DNA from: an uncultured Candidatus Saccharibacteria bacterium
GTDB lineage: Bacteria; Patescibacteriota; Minisyncoccia; UBA6257; 1-14-0-10-44-23
Length of the DNA: 64,000 nt
Reading direction: 5' to 3'
Assembly: GCA_964549935.1 (NCBI GenBank)
Contig: CAZJVT010000001.1
Location: 219,922 to 283,921, forward strand
Part shown: piece after piece, positions 1-10,209 of the stretch
Layout of the letters: each line of letters opens with the position of its first letter
How positions within the stretch are numbered: the stretch's first letter is position 1
Notes under the pieces: generated by a model
Told to the model about the DNA's origin: nothing
The model's input: only the letters and a program-made list of their open reading frames with translations
Databases searched by the model: none
Position numbers and translations under genes: made by a program

Positions 1-216
1 CCCCGCATTGGCGGGGGCTTCGGCGTCTCGGAGAAGACACTCGCGTACGACCGCATGTCGAGTCGCGCTGTCTTCCAGGGAAACGCCGGCCAGAGTCATG
101 GCTGCATCGATTGCGTCGTTACGGTACTCGATCGACTTCCTACCGTTACGCACCGCAAGCTTGTCAGCCATTTCCAAGGCGCTCGTGGCAATCGCCTTGA
201 TGTCGGGTTTTTTCAC
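1..216 (-). CDS. Orphan protein, partial (runs off window start); member of the cassette-like gene class
   Basis: Read manually: GTG at 216, open frame MKKPDIKAIATSALEMADKLAVRNG... to position 1. Purine-rich RBS (GGAAAGAGAG) and a consensus promoter upstream. Not in the ORF track. Confidence 0.65.
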   Translation of the reverse strand, partial: MKKPDIKAIATSALEMADKLAVRNGRKSIEYRNDAIDAAMTLAGVSLEDSATRHAVVRECLLRDAEAPANAG

Positions 217-285
217 GGCTCTCTTTCCGTTGGATAAGAAGGTAGAACCTCTTCACCATGCGCTGCCGGACGCCGGTAAGATTCT

Positions 286-314
286 ATTATACCTCTGTTT
301 TTACTATTTGTCAA
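286..314 (-). promoter_or_regulatory. Consensus sigma70 promoter TTGACA-N17-TATAAT
   Basis: Reverse complement reads ttgaca aatagtaaaaacagagg tataat. Confidence 0.8.
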
Positions 315-353
315 GGTGCTGGAAATGTGTCTCAACTGTGGTCTAATTGAGTC

Positions 354-1235
354 ATGGCGAAACAGGAGAGACCCTTACTTGGCGCGCATGTGCCCGCGGC
401 TGGAGGGCTTTGGAATGCGATTGATAACGGCGAGGCGATTGGCGCCGAGTGTATTCAGATTTTTGGTGCTAGTCCGCGAACTTATGCGGCGGTGCTACCG
501 AGCGCAGAGGCGGTTGCGAAGTTTAAGTCGCGCTTGAAAGAGAGCTCTATCAAGGCGGTGTATCAGCACGGCGCTTATTTGCCGAACCTTGGTACGGCTG
601 ACCCGGTGGCGATGAAGCGCTCAATCGGCAACCTGGCGATGCATTTGGAGATTGCGAATGCGATCGGAAGCCACGGAGTTATTTTCCATGTTGGCTCACC
701 CAACGGTGGAGATAGGAAAGAAGCCCTCGAGCGCGCAGCAGCGGCAATGAAGGAGGTTTTGAAGCGAGTAGACCAGTCCGGTCTTTCGGCCGGCTCAAGA
801 CAAGCGCAGCTCATCATGGAGAACTCCGGCAGCGTAAAAAAAATCGGCGGTAGCATCGAAGATCTCGCCTGGCTCTTTAAGAAAGTCGATGACTCGCGCG
901 TCAAAGTATGTATCGACACCGCTCATTCGTTTGAGGCGGGGCTGATTGAGTCGTATACACCGGCTCACATTACAGACTTTATTACTAAATGGCATGACGC
1001 TGTTGGCATTAGCAGTATTGTTGCAATTCACGCAAACGATTCGAAAACGCCTTACAACTCTCAAAACGATAAGCACGAAAACATCGGACAAGGGCTTATC
1101 GGCTTAGAGGGCTTTAAAGCGCTGGCGAAAGAAAAACGGCTCGTACACACGAGTTGGTTTTTGGAGGTTCCCGGTTTTGACGGCAATGGTCCGGACAAAA
1201 AGAATATGGATTTACTCAAATCGTGCTTCAGGTAA
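354..1235 (+). CDS. nfo: Endonuclease IV (AP endonuclease 2)
   Basis: GAHV, QIF..SPR, HGAYLPNL, HVGS, MENS, CIDTAH, HANDS, DKHENIG motifs. Confidence 0.93.
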   Translation: MAKQERPLLGAHVPAAGGLWNAIDNGEAIGAECIQIFGASPRTYAAVLPSAEAVAKFKSRLKESSIKAVYQHGAYLPNLGTADPVAMKRSIGNLAMHLEIANAIGSHGVIFHVGSPNGGDRKEALERAAAAMKEVLKRVDQSGLSAGSRQAQLIMENSGSVKKIGGSIEDLAWLFKKVDDSRVKVCIDTAHSFEAGLIESYTPAHITDFITKWHDAVGISSIVAIHANDSKTPYNSQNDKHENIGQGLIGLEGFKALAKEKRLVHTSWFLEVPGFDGNGPDKKNMDLLKSCFR

Positions 1236-1268
1236 TAAACAAGGAACAAAAAATAATTAACAATAAAG

Positions 1269-2177
1269 ATGAAAAAAAGACTGATGATTCTTTTGATTCT
1301 GCTCGTGGTTTTCGTTGCTCTCGGATTAGTCGTTGGAACATTCCGGCCAAGTGCGCCGCAGGTTGCCTGCACGACGGACGCCAAGCTTTGTCCGGATGGG
1401 AGCGCCGTGGGACGCACCGGCCCGCAGTGTCAATTCGCGAGCTGTCCGGAGGTTTCAGAGAGTAAAAATATCCGTGTTTACCAGCCGGCTCCGGGCGATA
1501 TCGTCGGTCAGCCGCTTACAATTGTCGGCGAAGCCCGAGTTTTTGAAAACGCTTTTAGCTATCGGATTACGGATGCCGCGGGTAATCAGCTCGCTTCAGG
1601 ATTTGATGCCGCGCACGCTTCGGACGTTGGGAAATTTGGTGCCTTCAGTGTTATGGCCCAATATAGCTATCCGGGTAGTGGTGAAGGTTTTGTGGAGGTC
1701 TATACGCATTCCGCGAAGGACGGGGGCATAGTAGATTTAGTAAAAATCCCGGTGAAATTTGAGAAGCAGGAACTTACTGCAGTCAAAGTTTTTTTGGCGA
1801 ACGAAAAAGCAGAGCGACCGAGTACGTCGGATTTAGTTGTCGAGCAGTGTGAAACTGTTTTTCCGGTGTATCGTACAGTTCCTAAAACAGATGTCCCCGC
1901 GAAGGCCGCGATAGCCGAATTATTAAAGGGCCCATCTTCGGCCGAGTTGCAGGCGGGGTATAGCACAACGATTAACAGCGGAGTTTCTCTTCGCTTGCTT
2001 TCTATAAAAGATGGAGTTGCGACCGCTGACTTCAGTAGTGAATTAATGCGTGAAGTTGGCGGTTCTTGTCGTGTCAGCATGATAGTCACGCAGATTAACG
2101 CGACACTGCGCCAGTTTGAAACAGTAACGTCCGTTGAATCGCTTGTTGACGGAAAGCCGCACGCAATCCAACCTTAA
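1269..2177 (+). CDS. Membrane-anchored Gmad2 Ig-like / GerMN domain protein
   Basis: N-terminal TM; ACTTDAKLCPDGS motif; GEARVFE (Gmad2); AAIAELLKGP...GGSCRV..I.ATLRQF (GerMN). Confidence 0.8.
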   Translation: MKKRLMILLILLVVFVALGLVVGTFRPSAPQVACTTDAKLCPDGSAVGRTGPQCQFASCPEVSESKNIRVYQPAPGDIVGQPLTIVGEARVFENAFSYRITDAAGNQLASGFDAAHASDVGKFGAFSVMAQYSYPGSGEGFVEVYTHSAKDGGIVDLVKIPVKFEKQELTAVKVFLANEKAERPSTSDLVVEQCETVFPVYRTVPKTDVPAKAAIAELLKGPSSAELQAGYSTTINSGVSLRLLSIKDGVATADFSSELMREVGGSCRVSMIVTQINATLRQFETVTSVESLVDGKPHAIQP

Positions 2178-2263
2178 GCTTTAAGATAAGCCTTGAGCAA
2201 TCGTCCTTGATTTCGTGAGGGAGAGTGGTATTCTTTACAAACGTAATTATTAATTAAAACTTT

Positions 2264-3265
2264 ATGAAGAAATTTTTAGTCGTCTTTATCAGTGCGCTCG
2301 CGGTTGCCGCTCCGGCAGTAGCTGCGCAGGTGGGTGAGGGGGGAGGTTTTCCGCCTCCGCCGCAGCAGGTTGAGGTAGAGGGGAAAATGAGGCCTAGTTA
2401 TGACGTTAAGGCAAATGTAAAAGCTCGTGTCGCGCCGGGCGCACCGGTTCAGGGAGTTGCCCCTCTCTTGCGTGAGCTTCAACAGGAAAGAAAAGAGGCG
2501 AATCAGGACTTTAGGGACGGTATAAAGGGCCAGCGACTGGAGCTTAAGGGCGACCTGGAAGAAAACCGCGGTGCACTGAAGCAGGATCGCGAGGATGATC
2601 GCGACAGCTTGCGAGATGCTCTTGAGGCGCTGCGCAATGCGAGTGGTACACCCGAACAGAAGATGGAGCAGGCAAGAGAGCTCCGCGATCAGTTCGAGAA
2701 AGAGCGCGAGGCCGCCCGTGAACAGTTTGAACAGCAGCGCAAGGATTTGATGAAGCAGTTTCAGGCTAGCAGCACCCGCGCTCGGGCCGACTTCAAGCTG
2801 AAGATTGCCGGCATTAAGGACGAAAAGAAAAAGGAGATTGCCGCTCGTATCGGAGTCAATGTGAATGCGCTTAATGCCAGCGGTACCGTTCGTTTTACCG
2901 CGAACATTGATCAGATTGATGGTGTGCTTGTAAAGATTGCTAGCCGTGCGACCGAACTCGCATCGACGGGTGTTGATGTCAGCAAAACAAACACCGCAAT
3001 CGACGCGGCTAAAGTTGCAATCGCCGCCGCTCGAGCTGTCGTACTCGCCCAAAGCACCAAGACCTACACGCTGGTCGCTTCCACGACCGATGCGACAGTA
3101 AAGGCTGACGTTGGAGTTGTGCGTAAGCAGCTCGAAGACGATTTCAAGGTAGTTCGCGAGGCGATCGAAAAAGCCCGTCAGGCGGTCCGCGCAGCGGCGA
3201 TGACGTTGCCTAAGCCAGCAGCGACCTTAAACAGCACGACGACGGCAACCACTACAATCAACTAA
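2264..3265 (+). CDS. Secreted coiled-coil protein
   Basis: Signal peptide followed by long charged, Ala-rich helices. Confidence 0.7.
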   Translation: MKKFLVVFISALAVAAPAVAAQVGEGGGFPPPPQQVEVEGKMRPSYDVKANVKARVAPGAPVQGVAPLLRELQQERKEANQDFRDGIKGQRLELKGDLEENRGALKQDREDDRDSLRDALEALRNASGTPEQKMEQARELRDQFEKEREAAREQFEQQRKDLMKQFQASSTRARADFKLKIAGIKDEKKKEIAARIGVNVNALNASGTVRFTANIDQIDGVLVKIASRATELASTGVDVSKTNTAIDAAKVAIAAARAVVLAQSTKTYTLVASTTDATVKADVGVVRKQLEDDFKVVREAIEKARQAVRAAAMTLPKPAATLNSTTTATTTIN

Positions 3266-3285
3266 TCAGCATCAACCCATCGTTT

Positions 3286-3498
3286 ATGAATAAGAAAGTA
3301 GTCATCAGTGTCATCGTTGTCATAGTTGTCGGTCTTTTAGTCTGGTTTGTCTCCGGTTCTCGTAAGGATTCCGCCTCGAGTGTTGATACATCAACGACCG
3401 GCGGCGACAATGCTTACACGCAAGAGCTCGACGGACTTAATCAGGCTGACGTACAGGCGGAGTTTAAAGGCATTGATGCCGACCTGCAGCAGCTGTAA
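3286..3498 (+). CDS. Small membrane-anchored protein
   Basis: N-terminal hydrophobic helix; co-oriented with upstream gene and followed by a terminator. Confidence 0.7.
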   Translation: MNKKVVISVIVVIVVGLLVWFVSGSRKDSASSVDTSTTGGDNAYTQELDGLNQADVQAEFKGIDADLQQL

Positions 3499-3508
3499 AG
3501 CATAGGCA

Positions 3509-3543
3509 AACAATAAAGACCCGCGGCGCGGGTCTTTATTGTT
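3509..3543 (+). terminator. Rho-independent terminator
   Basis: aacaataaagacccg-cggcg-cgggtctttattgtt. Confidence 0.8.
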
Positions 3544-3569
3544 TTAAGATTTCGGGCGATACTTATCAT

Positions 3570-4556
3570 ATGCGTTTTAAGATTGCGATTGCGAGCTTGT
3601 TTTTTCTGATTCCGCTCGCGGTTAGCGCCGGCAGCGGTGTCGGCTTTGTGCAGGGGGCGATTTGGTATTCAAAAGATCCGTTTTTTGCCGGCGAGCCGGT
3701 GCGCGTGTACTCCGCAGTCTTAAATACGACAAGCGAGGACATCGTCGGTTCGGTGGCGTTTTCAGATAACGGGGCGCTGATTGGCAGTGCCGAATTTTCA
3801 GCGGCCGGAGGCAACCGCCTACAGGAGGTTTGGGTTGATTGGCAGCCGACCGAGGGGCAACACAGTGTCAGCGCCAAAATTGTTAAAGCTCTTGTTTCTA
3901 AAGCAGGAAAGCCGGCTGCGTCAGCGGCAATTCTTGGGAGTGAGTCCGGCGCGAGTGAGCGTTTTGTTGATATCGACACCGACCATGATGGCGTCGGTAA
4001 TGTTCAGGATGCTGACGACGACAACGACGGGGTGAGCGACGCGGATGAACACACGCAGGGGACAAATCCGCTCGTTGCCGATGCAAAAAGAGTTACCGGC
4101 GTAGCCGCCGCGTTTAGCGGAAGTAGCGGTACGTTTACGGCGCAAGCGGTTGATGCGAGCAAAAAAGTTGCCGCTGAAGCAAAGGACACTGTCGATACAT
4201 TCGCGCAAAAATTAGACGCCTCACTCGCGGTAACGGAACAAAATCTGGCCAATGAAGTGGCGGCCTTGAAGCAGAAGGAAAGCTCAAGAAAGCAGACGCC
4301 TGAGCTCGAGAAATTAAACGAGGCTGTCGGTGGTGGGCAAAACAGCACCTCGAGTCTTATAACCAAACCGGCAGGAACACTTTCTGACACGGTGATGCGA
4401 TTGCTCAAGCAGCTGCTTTTGTATCTCGTTAAGATTGCCCGTTGGGTGCTGCGTACACCGATCGCGCTTTACGTAGTTGTCGGCCTCGCCGTGCTTTATA
4501 TTGTGCGCTTTGCTTGGCGGATGATGCGTCGTCGCCAGTATCAGCATGCGGCATAG
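3570..4556 (+). CDS. Surface protein with Ig-like domain and Ca-binding (TSP3-like) repeat, C-terminal TM
   Basis: Signal peptide; DTDHDGVGNVQDADDDNDGVSD; C-terminal hydrophobic anchor. Confidence 0.7.
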   Translation: MRFKIAIASLFFLIPLAVSAGSGVGFVQGAIWYSKDPFFAGEPVRVYSAVLNTTSEDIVGSVAFSDNGALIGSAEFSAAGGNRLQEVWVDWQPTEGQHSVSAKIVKALVSKAGKPAASAAILGSESGASERFVDIDTDHDGVGNVQDADDDNDGVSDADEHTQGTNPLVADAKRVTGVAAAFSGSSGTFTAQAVDASKKVAAEAKDTVDTFAQKLDASLAVTEQNLANEVAALKQKESSRKQTPELEKLNEAVGGGQNSTSSLITKPAGTLSDTVMRLLKQLLLYLVKIARWVLRTPIALYVVVGLAVLYIVRFAWRMMRRRQYQHAA

Positions 4557-4589
4557 ACCGTAATCGGAAAATAGATTAGGATTGCCCGC

Positions 4590-5693
4590 ATGGCTGACAA
4601 CGGATTTTGGTCAAAACTCAAGAAGCCGGTTTTTGTACTCGCGCCGATGGCCAATGTTACGGATGCGGCTTTTCGGCGTATCATTTGCAAATACGGCAAG
4701 CCAGATGTCTTTTGGACGGAGTTTGTGTCTGTCGAAGGGTTGCTTTCGCGCGGCAAGGAGAAGTTGCTCCCTGATTTTTGGTTCGATAAAAATCAGCATC
4801 CAATAGTCGCCCAAATTTTTGGCGGCAAACCGGAACAGTTTTATGAAGCGGCCAAACTGATTGTCTCGCTCGGTTTTGACGGCATTGATATTAATATGGG
4901 CTGCCCGCACGATGGGGTAGAGAAGTCCGGTGCTTGTGCGATCTTGATGAAAGATCCGGCACTCGCACAAAAAATTATTTTAGAAACAAAACGTGGCGTG
5001 GCGGATGCAGGCAGCAGTATTCCGGTTTCGGTAAAGACGCGCATCGGGTACAACAAAGATGAGCTGGAAACGTGGTTGCCGGCACTGCTTGAAACAAAGC
5101 CGGCGGTTATCACGCTGCATTTGCGCACACGTAAAGAAATGAGCTCGGTGCCGGCGCATTGGGAGCGGATGGCGCGGGCCGTGGAGATTGCAAGGGGCAG
5201 CGGGGTTTTCATTTTCGGAAATGGCGACGTGAAGGATCTTTCGGAGGCTCGGCAGAAGGTTGCCGAGACCGGTTGCGACGGCGTGATGCTCGGACGAGCG
5301 ATTTTTGGTAACCCGTGGCTGTTTGCGGAGAGAGTGCCGACCACGGGAGAGAAGCTCAATGTCGCGCTTGAACATACGAAACTGTTTGAAGAACTTTTTG
5401 GCGAGGGAACCCTTCGGCGGGACTCAGGGCAAGCGGGGATTGACGGCGGGGGATTTGAATCTCGAAATCCCTCCCTAGGGCGGCCGGGTACGCCCGGGCT
5501 AGCCCCGTCTGCTGACGGTACTCCCTTTTATAAAGGGAGAATTAAGCCTTTTGACGTGATGAAAAAGCACTTTAAGGCGTATGTGAATGGTTTTGATGGC
5601 GCTAAAGAGCTGCGGGCAAAAATGATGGAGGCGCAGAGCCAAGAAGAGATAGCCGTTCTCATCGATGATTTTCTTGCAGCAATCCACGGATAG
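4590..5693 (+). CDS. dus: tRNA-dihydrouridine synthase with C-terminal insertion
   Basis: LAPMANVTD, DINMGCP, SVKTRIG, GNGDV, GVMLGRA motifs. Confidence 0.92.
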   Translation: MADNGFWSKLKKPVFVLAPMANVTDAAFRRIICKYGKPDVFWTEFVSVEGLLSRGKEKLLPDFWFDKNQHPIVAQIFGGKPEQFYEAAKLIVSLGFDGIDINMGCPHDGVEKSGACAILMKDPALAQKIILETKRGVADAGSSIPVSVKTRIGYNKDELETWLPALLETKPAVITLHLRTRKEMSSVPAHWERMARAVEIARGSGVFIFGNGDVKDLSEARQKVAETGCDGVMLGRAIFGNPWLFAERVPTTGEKLNVALEHTKLFEELFGEGTLRRDSGQAGIDGGGFESRNPSLGRPGTPGLAPSADGTPFYKGRIKPFDVMKKHFKAYVNGFDGAKELRAKMMEAQSQEEIAVLIDDFLAAIHG

Positions 5694-5828
5694 TCTATTG
5701 ACAGATTCGCATTTAGTGGTAATATACTGGCTGCCTCCTCGTCCTCATATGGCGAGGCGGTTTCGTTTTTCTCTGCGCGGCAGAGAAGCGGAATGGCTGT
5801 GAGGTAGCTCTTTGGAAGGGAGGGACTC

Positions 5829-6539
5829 TTGGAGAGAGGTAATTTTGGGGACGGAGATAAGAGTTTGCCTCCCGAAGGCAGCTCTTCATCTGCTGTCGCC
5901 ACCGTAGAGCGGCAGAGGAGCCGTCGTGGCGGGCGAGCGGTCCGGGCAGCGAAGGACGATCGTCAGCGGCCGCCGGAGGACACGACGCACTCCGGCTTGA
6001 TGGCGGCGCTCGGCGACGAGACGAGGGCGACCGCTCTCCTCTCGAAGGTCTGCTTCCTCGCTCGCGCGAGGTACGGCATCCTGCCGCAAGACGCCGAGGA
6101 CATCTTCAGTGACTCGGTCGTGACGTACCTGAAGATCCACCAGCGCTACCCACTGAACGAGAATCACTTCGGGATTCTCGTCGGTGTGTTCCACAAGAAG
6201 TCGCTGGAGTTTCTGGACGGGCGTGACCGTAGCGTCCGCGTGGCAAGGAGATTCATCGCTCGTCTGCAGGCCGAGAGGCCCGAACTCGCTCGCGGCGAGG
6301 ATCCGAGCGGGGCTGCCGTCGAGCGTGTCCTTCGCGAGGAGGATGCGACGCTCATTCGGGCGGCGATCGCGTCTCTTCCTGTGGACACGCGCGAGCTTCT
6401 GCTTAAGCTCGCCGAGGGCGGGATGACTCGTCTGGAGATGATCGAGGCGCTCGGCATCAACCGCAACACGTTCGACACGCGACTGCGTGCCGTCCGGTTG
6501 CGACTCAAGGAAGCGCTCGAGAATTCCGGCGTGCTGTAG
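5829..6539 (+). CDS. ECF-type sigma-70 factor (GC-rich, cassette-like)
   Basis: Region-2-like DAEDIFSD; region-4 HTH AIASLP..RELL..EMIEALGINRNTFDTRL; GGAGGG RBS before TTG; TTGACA at 5698. Confidence 0.8.
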   Translation: MERGNFGDGDKSLPPEGSSSSAVATVERQRSRRGGRAVRAAKDDRQRPPEDTTHSGLMAALGDETRATALLSKVCFLARARYGILPQDAEDIFSDSVVTYLKIHQRYPLNENHFGILVGVFHKKSLEFLDGRDRSVRVARRFIARLQAERPELARGEDPSGAAVERVLREEDATLIRAAIASLPVDTRELLLKLAEGGMTRLEMIEALGINRNTFDTRLRAVRLRLKEALENSGVL

Positions 6540-6765
6540 CGCCGGAAAGGATTATATAATTGCCTTCGCGTGTGGGCCTTTCCGAAAGGAGAAACAACAC
6601 GCAGTAGAGATTAGGAGTGCGCCATCACGGCGCAGCACAGGAGGGGCACCGTCATACGGGCCCTTTTTGCTTTTTGTAAACAGTGGGGTTTTTATGAAAA
6701 GAGACAAGCCCGCGCGAGACGATCGCGCGGGCCGTGCGCCCCGAAAGGGGTGTGTCTTGCTGTGG

Positions 6766-7029
6766 CTACCGGCCACTCTCAGCGAGTTCGAGCTCCTTCT
6801 TCTCGATCTCGAGCGCTGCCTTGAGTGCCTTGGGGTCGACCTCGACCCCATAATGGCTCTCCCAGATGATGTGTTGGGCATGTTCGCGCCCGCACACCTG
6901 GCAATACCTCTCTGCATTGAGGTATTTGCTTTGGGTTTCGTTCTTCGGTGTCGCCATGACGATACCGAAGGCCGTCACCATCAGCACGCCGGCAAGTAGC
7001 CCGACCTTCTCGATGGTTCCGAGGTTCAT
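6766..7029 (-). CDS. Small membrane protein with CxxC..H motif (cassette-like)
   Basis: AGGAGG RBS, TM helix, YCQVCGREH, TAG stop, GC hairpins downstream. Confidence 0.7.
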   Translation of the reverse strand: MNLGTIEKVGLLAGVLMVTAFGIVMATPKNETQSKYLNAERYCQVCGREHAQHIIWESHYGVEVDPKALKAALEIEKKELELAESGR

Positions 7030-7122
7030 AGGGCTGGCCTCCTAACCAGTAAGCGTTTTATATCATATATGATATATTTTGTCCATTTTGTTGCAGGGGC
7101 CATGCAGAGTACAATGAGCCCA

Positions 7123-10100
7123 ATGAACTTCGCCCAAGAAATTAAGAAATTGAACCAAAGGCAGCGGCAGGCCGTGGAGGCTATTGAAGGCCCGGTTATG
7201 GTTGTTGCCGGGCCCGGCACCGGCAAGACGCAGATTCTAACGCTGCGGATCGCGAATATTTTAAAAACTGCGCAGGTTGAGCCGGAAAACATTTTAGCGA
7301 TTACCTTTACAGAGTCGGGCGTGGCGGCGATGCGTAAGCGTTTGGCGGAGCTCATTGGCAGCGAGGCGTACGGCGTCGTCATCACGACGTTCCACGCTTT
7401 TTGCAACAACATTATCCGTGAGCACCCGGAGGGTTTCCCGCGGATTATCGGCGCCAAGGCGATGACGGAGGTTGAGCAATTCGAGATATTGGAACAAGTA
7501 ATTACGAAGAGTAAATTAAAAATTTTAAGACCGTTTGGGGAATCGCTTTTTTATATTAAAGATATTGCAAAAGCCGTTGATGAATTAAAACGAGAGAACG
7601 TCTCGCCGGAGGAGTTTGCGAAGATCGCCAAAGCGGGACTCAAAGATGCCGAAAATGATCCGGAGGCGTATCACGAGAAGGGTAAATTTAAGGGGCAGCT
7701 CAAGGGAGAGGCGGCGCGAGAGATTAAGCGTGCGCAAAAGAATGTTGAGCTAGCGCAGGTCTACGATGAGTATCAGGCCGCGCTCACAAAGCAAAAACGG
7801 TATGATTACACGGACATGATCATGGAGGTCGTGCGCGTTTTAGCTGTGGACCGCGATTTACGTTTTGAAATCCAGGAGACGTATCAGTACGTGCTTGTTG
7901 ATGAACACCAGGATACCAACAACGCGCAGAATAAATTATTGGAGCTCATCATGAGTTTCCACAAAGATCCAAACTTGTTTGTCGTGGGCGACGCCAAGCA
8001 GGCGATTTATCGTTTCCAGGGCGCCTCGCTGGAAAACTTTTTGTATTTTAAAAAGCTCTATCCGCGCGCGCAGCTGATTGAGTTAACCGATAACTACCGC
8101 AGCACACAGCACATCTTAGATGCGGCGGCGAGTGTCACTCGAGCGGATCAAATCGAGCTGACTGCTCGGGCGAAGCTGCCGAAGCGGGATATTTTGGTCG
8201 CCGCGCTTTCCGGGGAGCCGGCCGAGCAGTACTTCATCGCTAAGCACATCAGCGAGCGGCTGGCCTCCGGCGTGAGTCCGCACGAAATAGCCTTACTGTA
8301 TCGCAACAACAAAGACGCTTTGGCGATTGCCACAATGCTTGAGCGGCTCAATATCCCGTTTACTATTGAGTCGGCGCAAAATATCTTTGATGATCCCGAA
8401 ATTAAAAAGCTACGGACGCTTTTAACTGCCATCGCGAAGTTTGGCAACCACGAATTCCTGGCAGTGCTTTTGTATGCCGACTTCTTAAAGATTGATCCGC
8501 TCGACGCGCACAGAGTTGTCGCATATGCGACAACTGCAAATCGCAAATCGCAAAGCGCAAAGCGTCAAAACGAGACAATTCGGAGGTTGAGTATTTATGA
8601 CATTATTAAGTCGCCGTTTTTATTGAAGGACGCAGGAGTAGGCAATCCGGAGTCGTTTTTGAAGCTCTACGAAAATCTTTCGCGTTGGCGTAGTGCGGCA
8701 CAGTATCACTCCGCCGCCGAGGTGTTTGAAAACGCCGTTCAGGAGAGCGGATTTTTGGGTAGCATTCTAGCGAAGCAAAACAGCGTGGATATTTTACACA
8801 AGCTGAATGTGTTTTTTGACGAGCTAAAGGACTTAGCCGAGCAGCGGGGCGAGCTGGCGCTACGCGAGTTTGTGGAGTACCTGGATATGCTTGATGAGCA
8901 CGAGCTTCTGATCAAGCGCGTGCCGGCGGCGCATCGACAGATTGGCAGAGTTCGCCTGATGACTGCGCACGCGAGCAAAGGACAGGAGTTTGATTATGTC
9001 TACATTATCGGTGCCGTCGACGGCCATTGGGGTAATAAGCGGAAGATTGAGCGCCTTAAGCTGCCGCGCAAGGTTTACTCCTTGGTCGAGAGGGAGGCGG
9101 GCGAGGAGCTTGACGATGATCGCAATCTTTTTTATGTCGCGCTGACGCGTGCTCGTAAAGAAGTTGTTATTAGTTACGCAAAAGCAGCGGCAAGCGGCAA
9201 GGAGCAGATCGTGAGTGAGTTTGTGAGCGACATTAAATCGGAGCTGCTCGAGCAGATTTCGGTGGAGGCCTACGAACAGGAACTTGTGAGCAAGCCGCAG
9301 CTCGTGTATCAAAAGCCGCAGGCGGGGCAGCACCGCATCAAAGAAAAAGAATTTGTCAGGGAGCTTTTTATGGAGCGCGGGCTTTCGGTTACGCACCTTA
9401 ATAATTATTTAGAGTGTCCGTGGAAGTATTTTTTTACCAACCTCATTCGTATTCCGGAGGCGAAGAACAAGCATATGATGTACGGCAGCGCCGTGCACGA
9501 GGCGCTCGAGACGCTCTTTAATTCATTCGACCCCGTGCGAAGCGACGGCCGACAGGGGCCGGCTTCTAACGGGGCGAGAGCAAACAGCAAGAAGGTTTTG
9601 CTGGATGCTTTTAAGGCTGCGCTTAAAAAGCAGCCGTTTGCGAAGGGCGAGTTTGATGAGGCGCTGGCGAAGGGTGAGAAGGCGCTCTCGGGTTACTTTA
9701 ACCAGTACAGCAAGAGCTGGCGCAACAAAGTTCTGCCGGAGTTTGATGTCCCCGGCGTGCAGTTTGCTAAAGACATCGTCTTAAACGGCAAGATAGACAA
9801 GCTGGAGATTTTGGACAGCCGCAATAATGTGAATGTCGTTGACTACAAAACCGGTAAGGCGCCCGCTCGCCATAGCTACGCACAGGCGTTAGCGGGCGAG
9901 AAGAGCCGCGTCCTCAATGATTCTCAGAGAAAAGCAGCGAACTACCGCCGTCAGCTCGCGTTTTATTCATTGCTGCTCTCGCTTTATAAAAAAGGGAAGT
10001 ATAAGATGAAGACCGGTGAGATTGATTTCATCGAGCCTGATGAGAAAGGCAGGTATCACAAAGAGCAGTTTGTAATTGATGCCAAAGAGGTCGCCGAGCT

Positions 10101-10209
10101 GGAGCGGGAGATTAAGCGCGTTGCGGATGAGATCCTGGAGTTGAAGTTTTGGGATAAGGAGTGTGGCGAGAAAGATTGTAAATATTGCGAATTAAGAAGT
10201 TTTATATGA
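7123..10209 (+). CDS. UvrD/REP superfamily 1 helicase fused to a PD-(D/E)XK nuclease (AddA/AdnB-like)
   Basis: AGPGTGKT, VDEHQD, VGDAKQAIYRFQGA, MTAHASKGQEF, YVALTRA, ECP...GKIDK..VDYKTG, C-terminal Cys cluster. Start placed 7 nt after TACAAT. Confidence 0.9.
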   Translation: MNFAQEIKKLNQRQRQAVEAIEGPVMVVAGPGTGKTQILTLRIANILKTAQVEPENILAITFTESGVAAMRKRLAELIGSEAYGVVITTFHAFCNNIIREHPEGFPRIIGAKAMTEVEQFEILEQVITKSKLKILRPFGESLFYIKDIAKAVDELKRENVSPEEFAKIAKAGLKDAENDPEAYHEKGKFKGQLKGEAAREIKRAQKNVELAQVYDEYQAALTKQKRYDYTDMIMEVVRVLAVDRDLRFEIQETYQYVLVDEHQDTNNAQNKLLELIMSFHKDPNLFVVGDAKQAIYRFQGASLENFLYFKKLYPRAQLIELTDNYRSTQHILDAAASVTRADQIELTARAKLPKRDILVAALSGEPAEQYFIAKHISERLASGVSPHEIALLYRNNKDALAIATMLERLNIPFTIESAQNIFDDPEIKKLRTLLTAIAKFGNHEFLAVLLYADFLKIDPLDAHRVVAYATTANRKSQSAKRQNETIRRLSIYDIIKSPFLLKDAGVGNPESFLKLYENLSRWRSAAQYHSAAEVFENAVQESGFLGSILAKQNSVDILHKLNVFFDELKDLAEQRGELALREFVEYLDMLDEHELLIKRVPAAHRQIGRVRLMTAHASKGQEFDYVYIIGAVDGHWGNKRKIERLKLPRKVYSLVEREAGEELDDDRNLFYVALTRARKEVVISYAKAAASGKEQIVSEFVSDIKSELLEQISVEAYEQELVSKPQLVYQKPQAGQHRIKEKEFVRELFMERGLSVTHLNNYLECPWKYFFTNLIRIPEAKNKHMMYGSAVHEALETLFNSFDPVRSDGRQGPASNGARANSKKVLLDAFKAALKKQPFAKGEFDEALAKGEKALSGYFNQYSKSWRNKVLPEFDVPGVQFAKDIVLNGKIDKLEILDSRNNVNVVDYKTGKAPARHSYAQALAGEKSRVLNDSQRKAANYRRQLAFYSLLLSLYKKGKYKMKTGEIDFIEPDEKGRYHKEQFVIDAKEVAELEREIKRVADEILELKFWDKECGEKDCKYCELRSFI

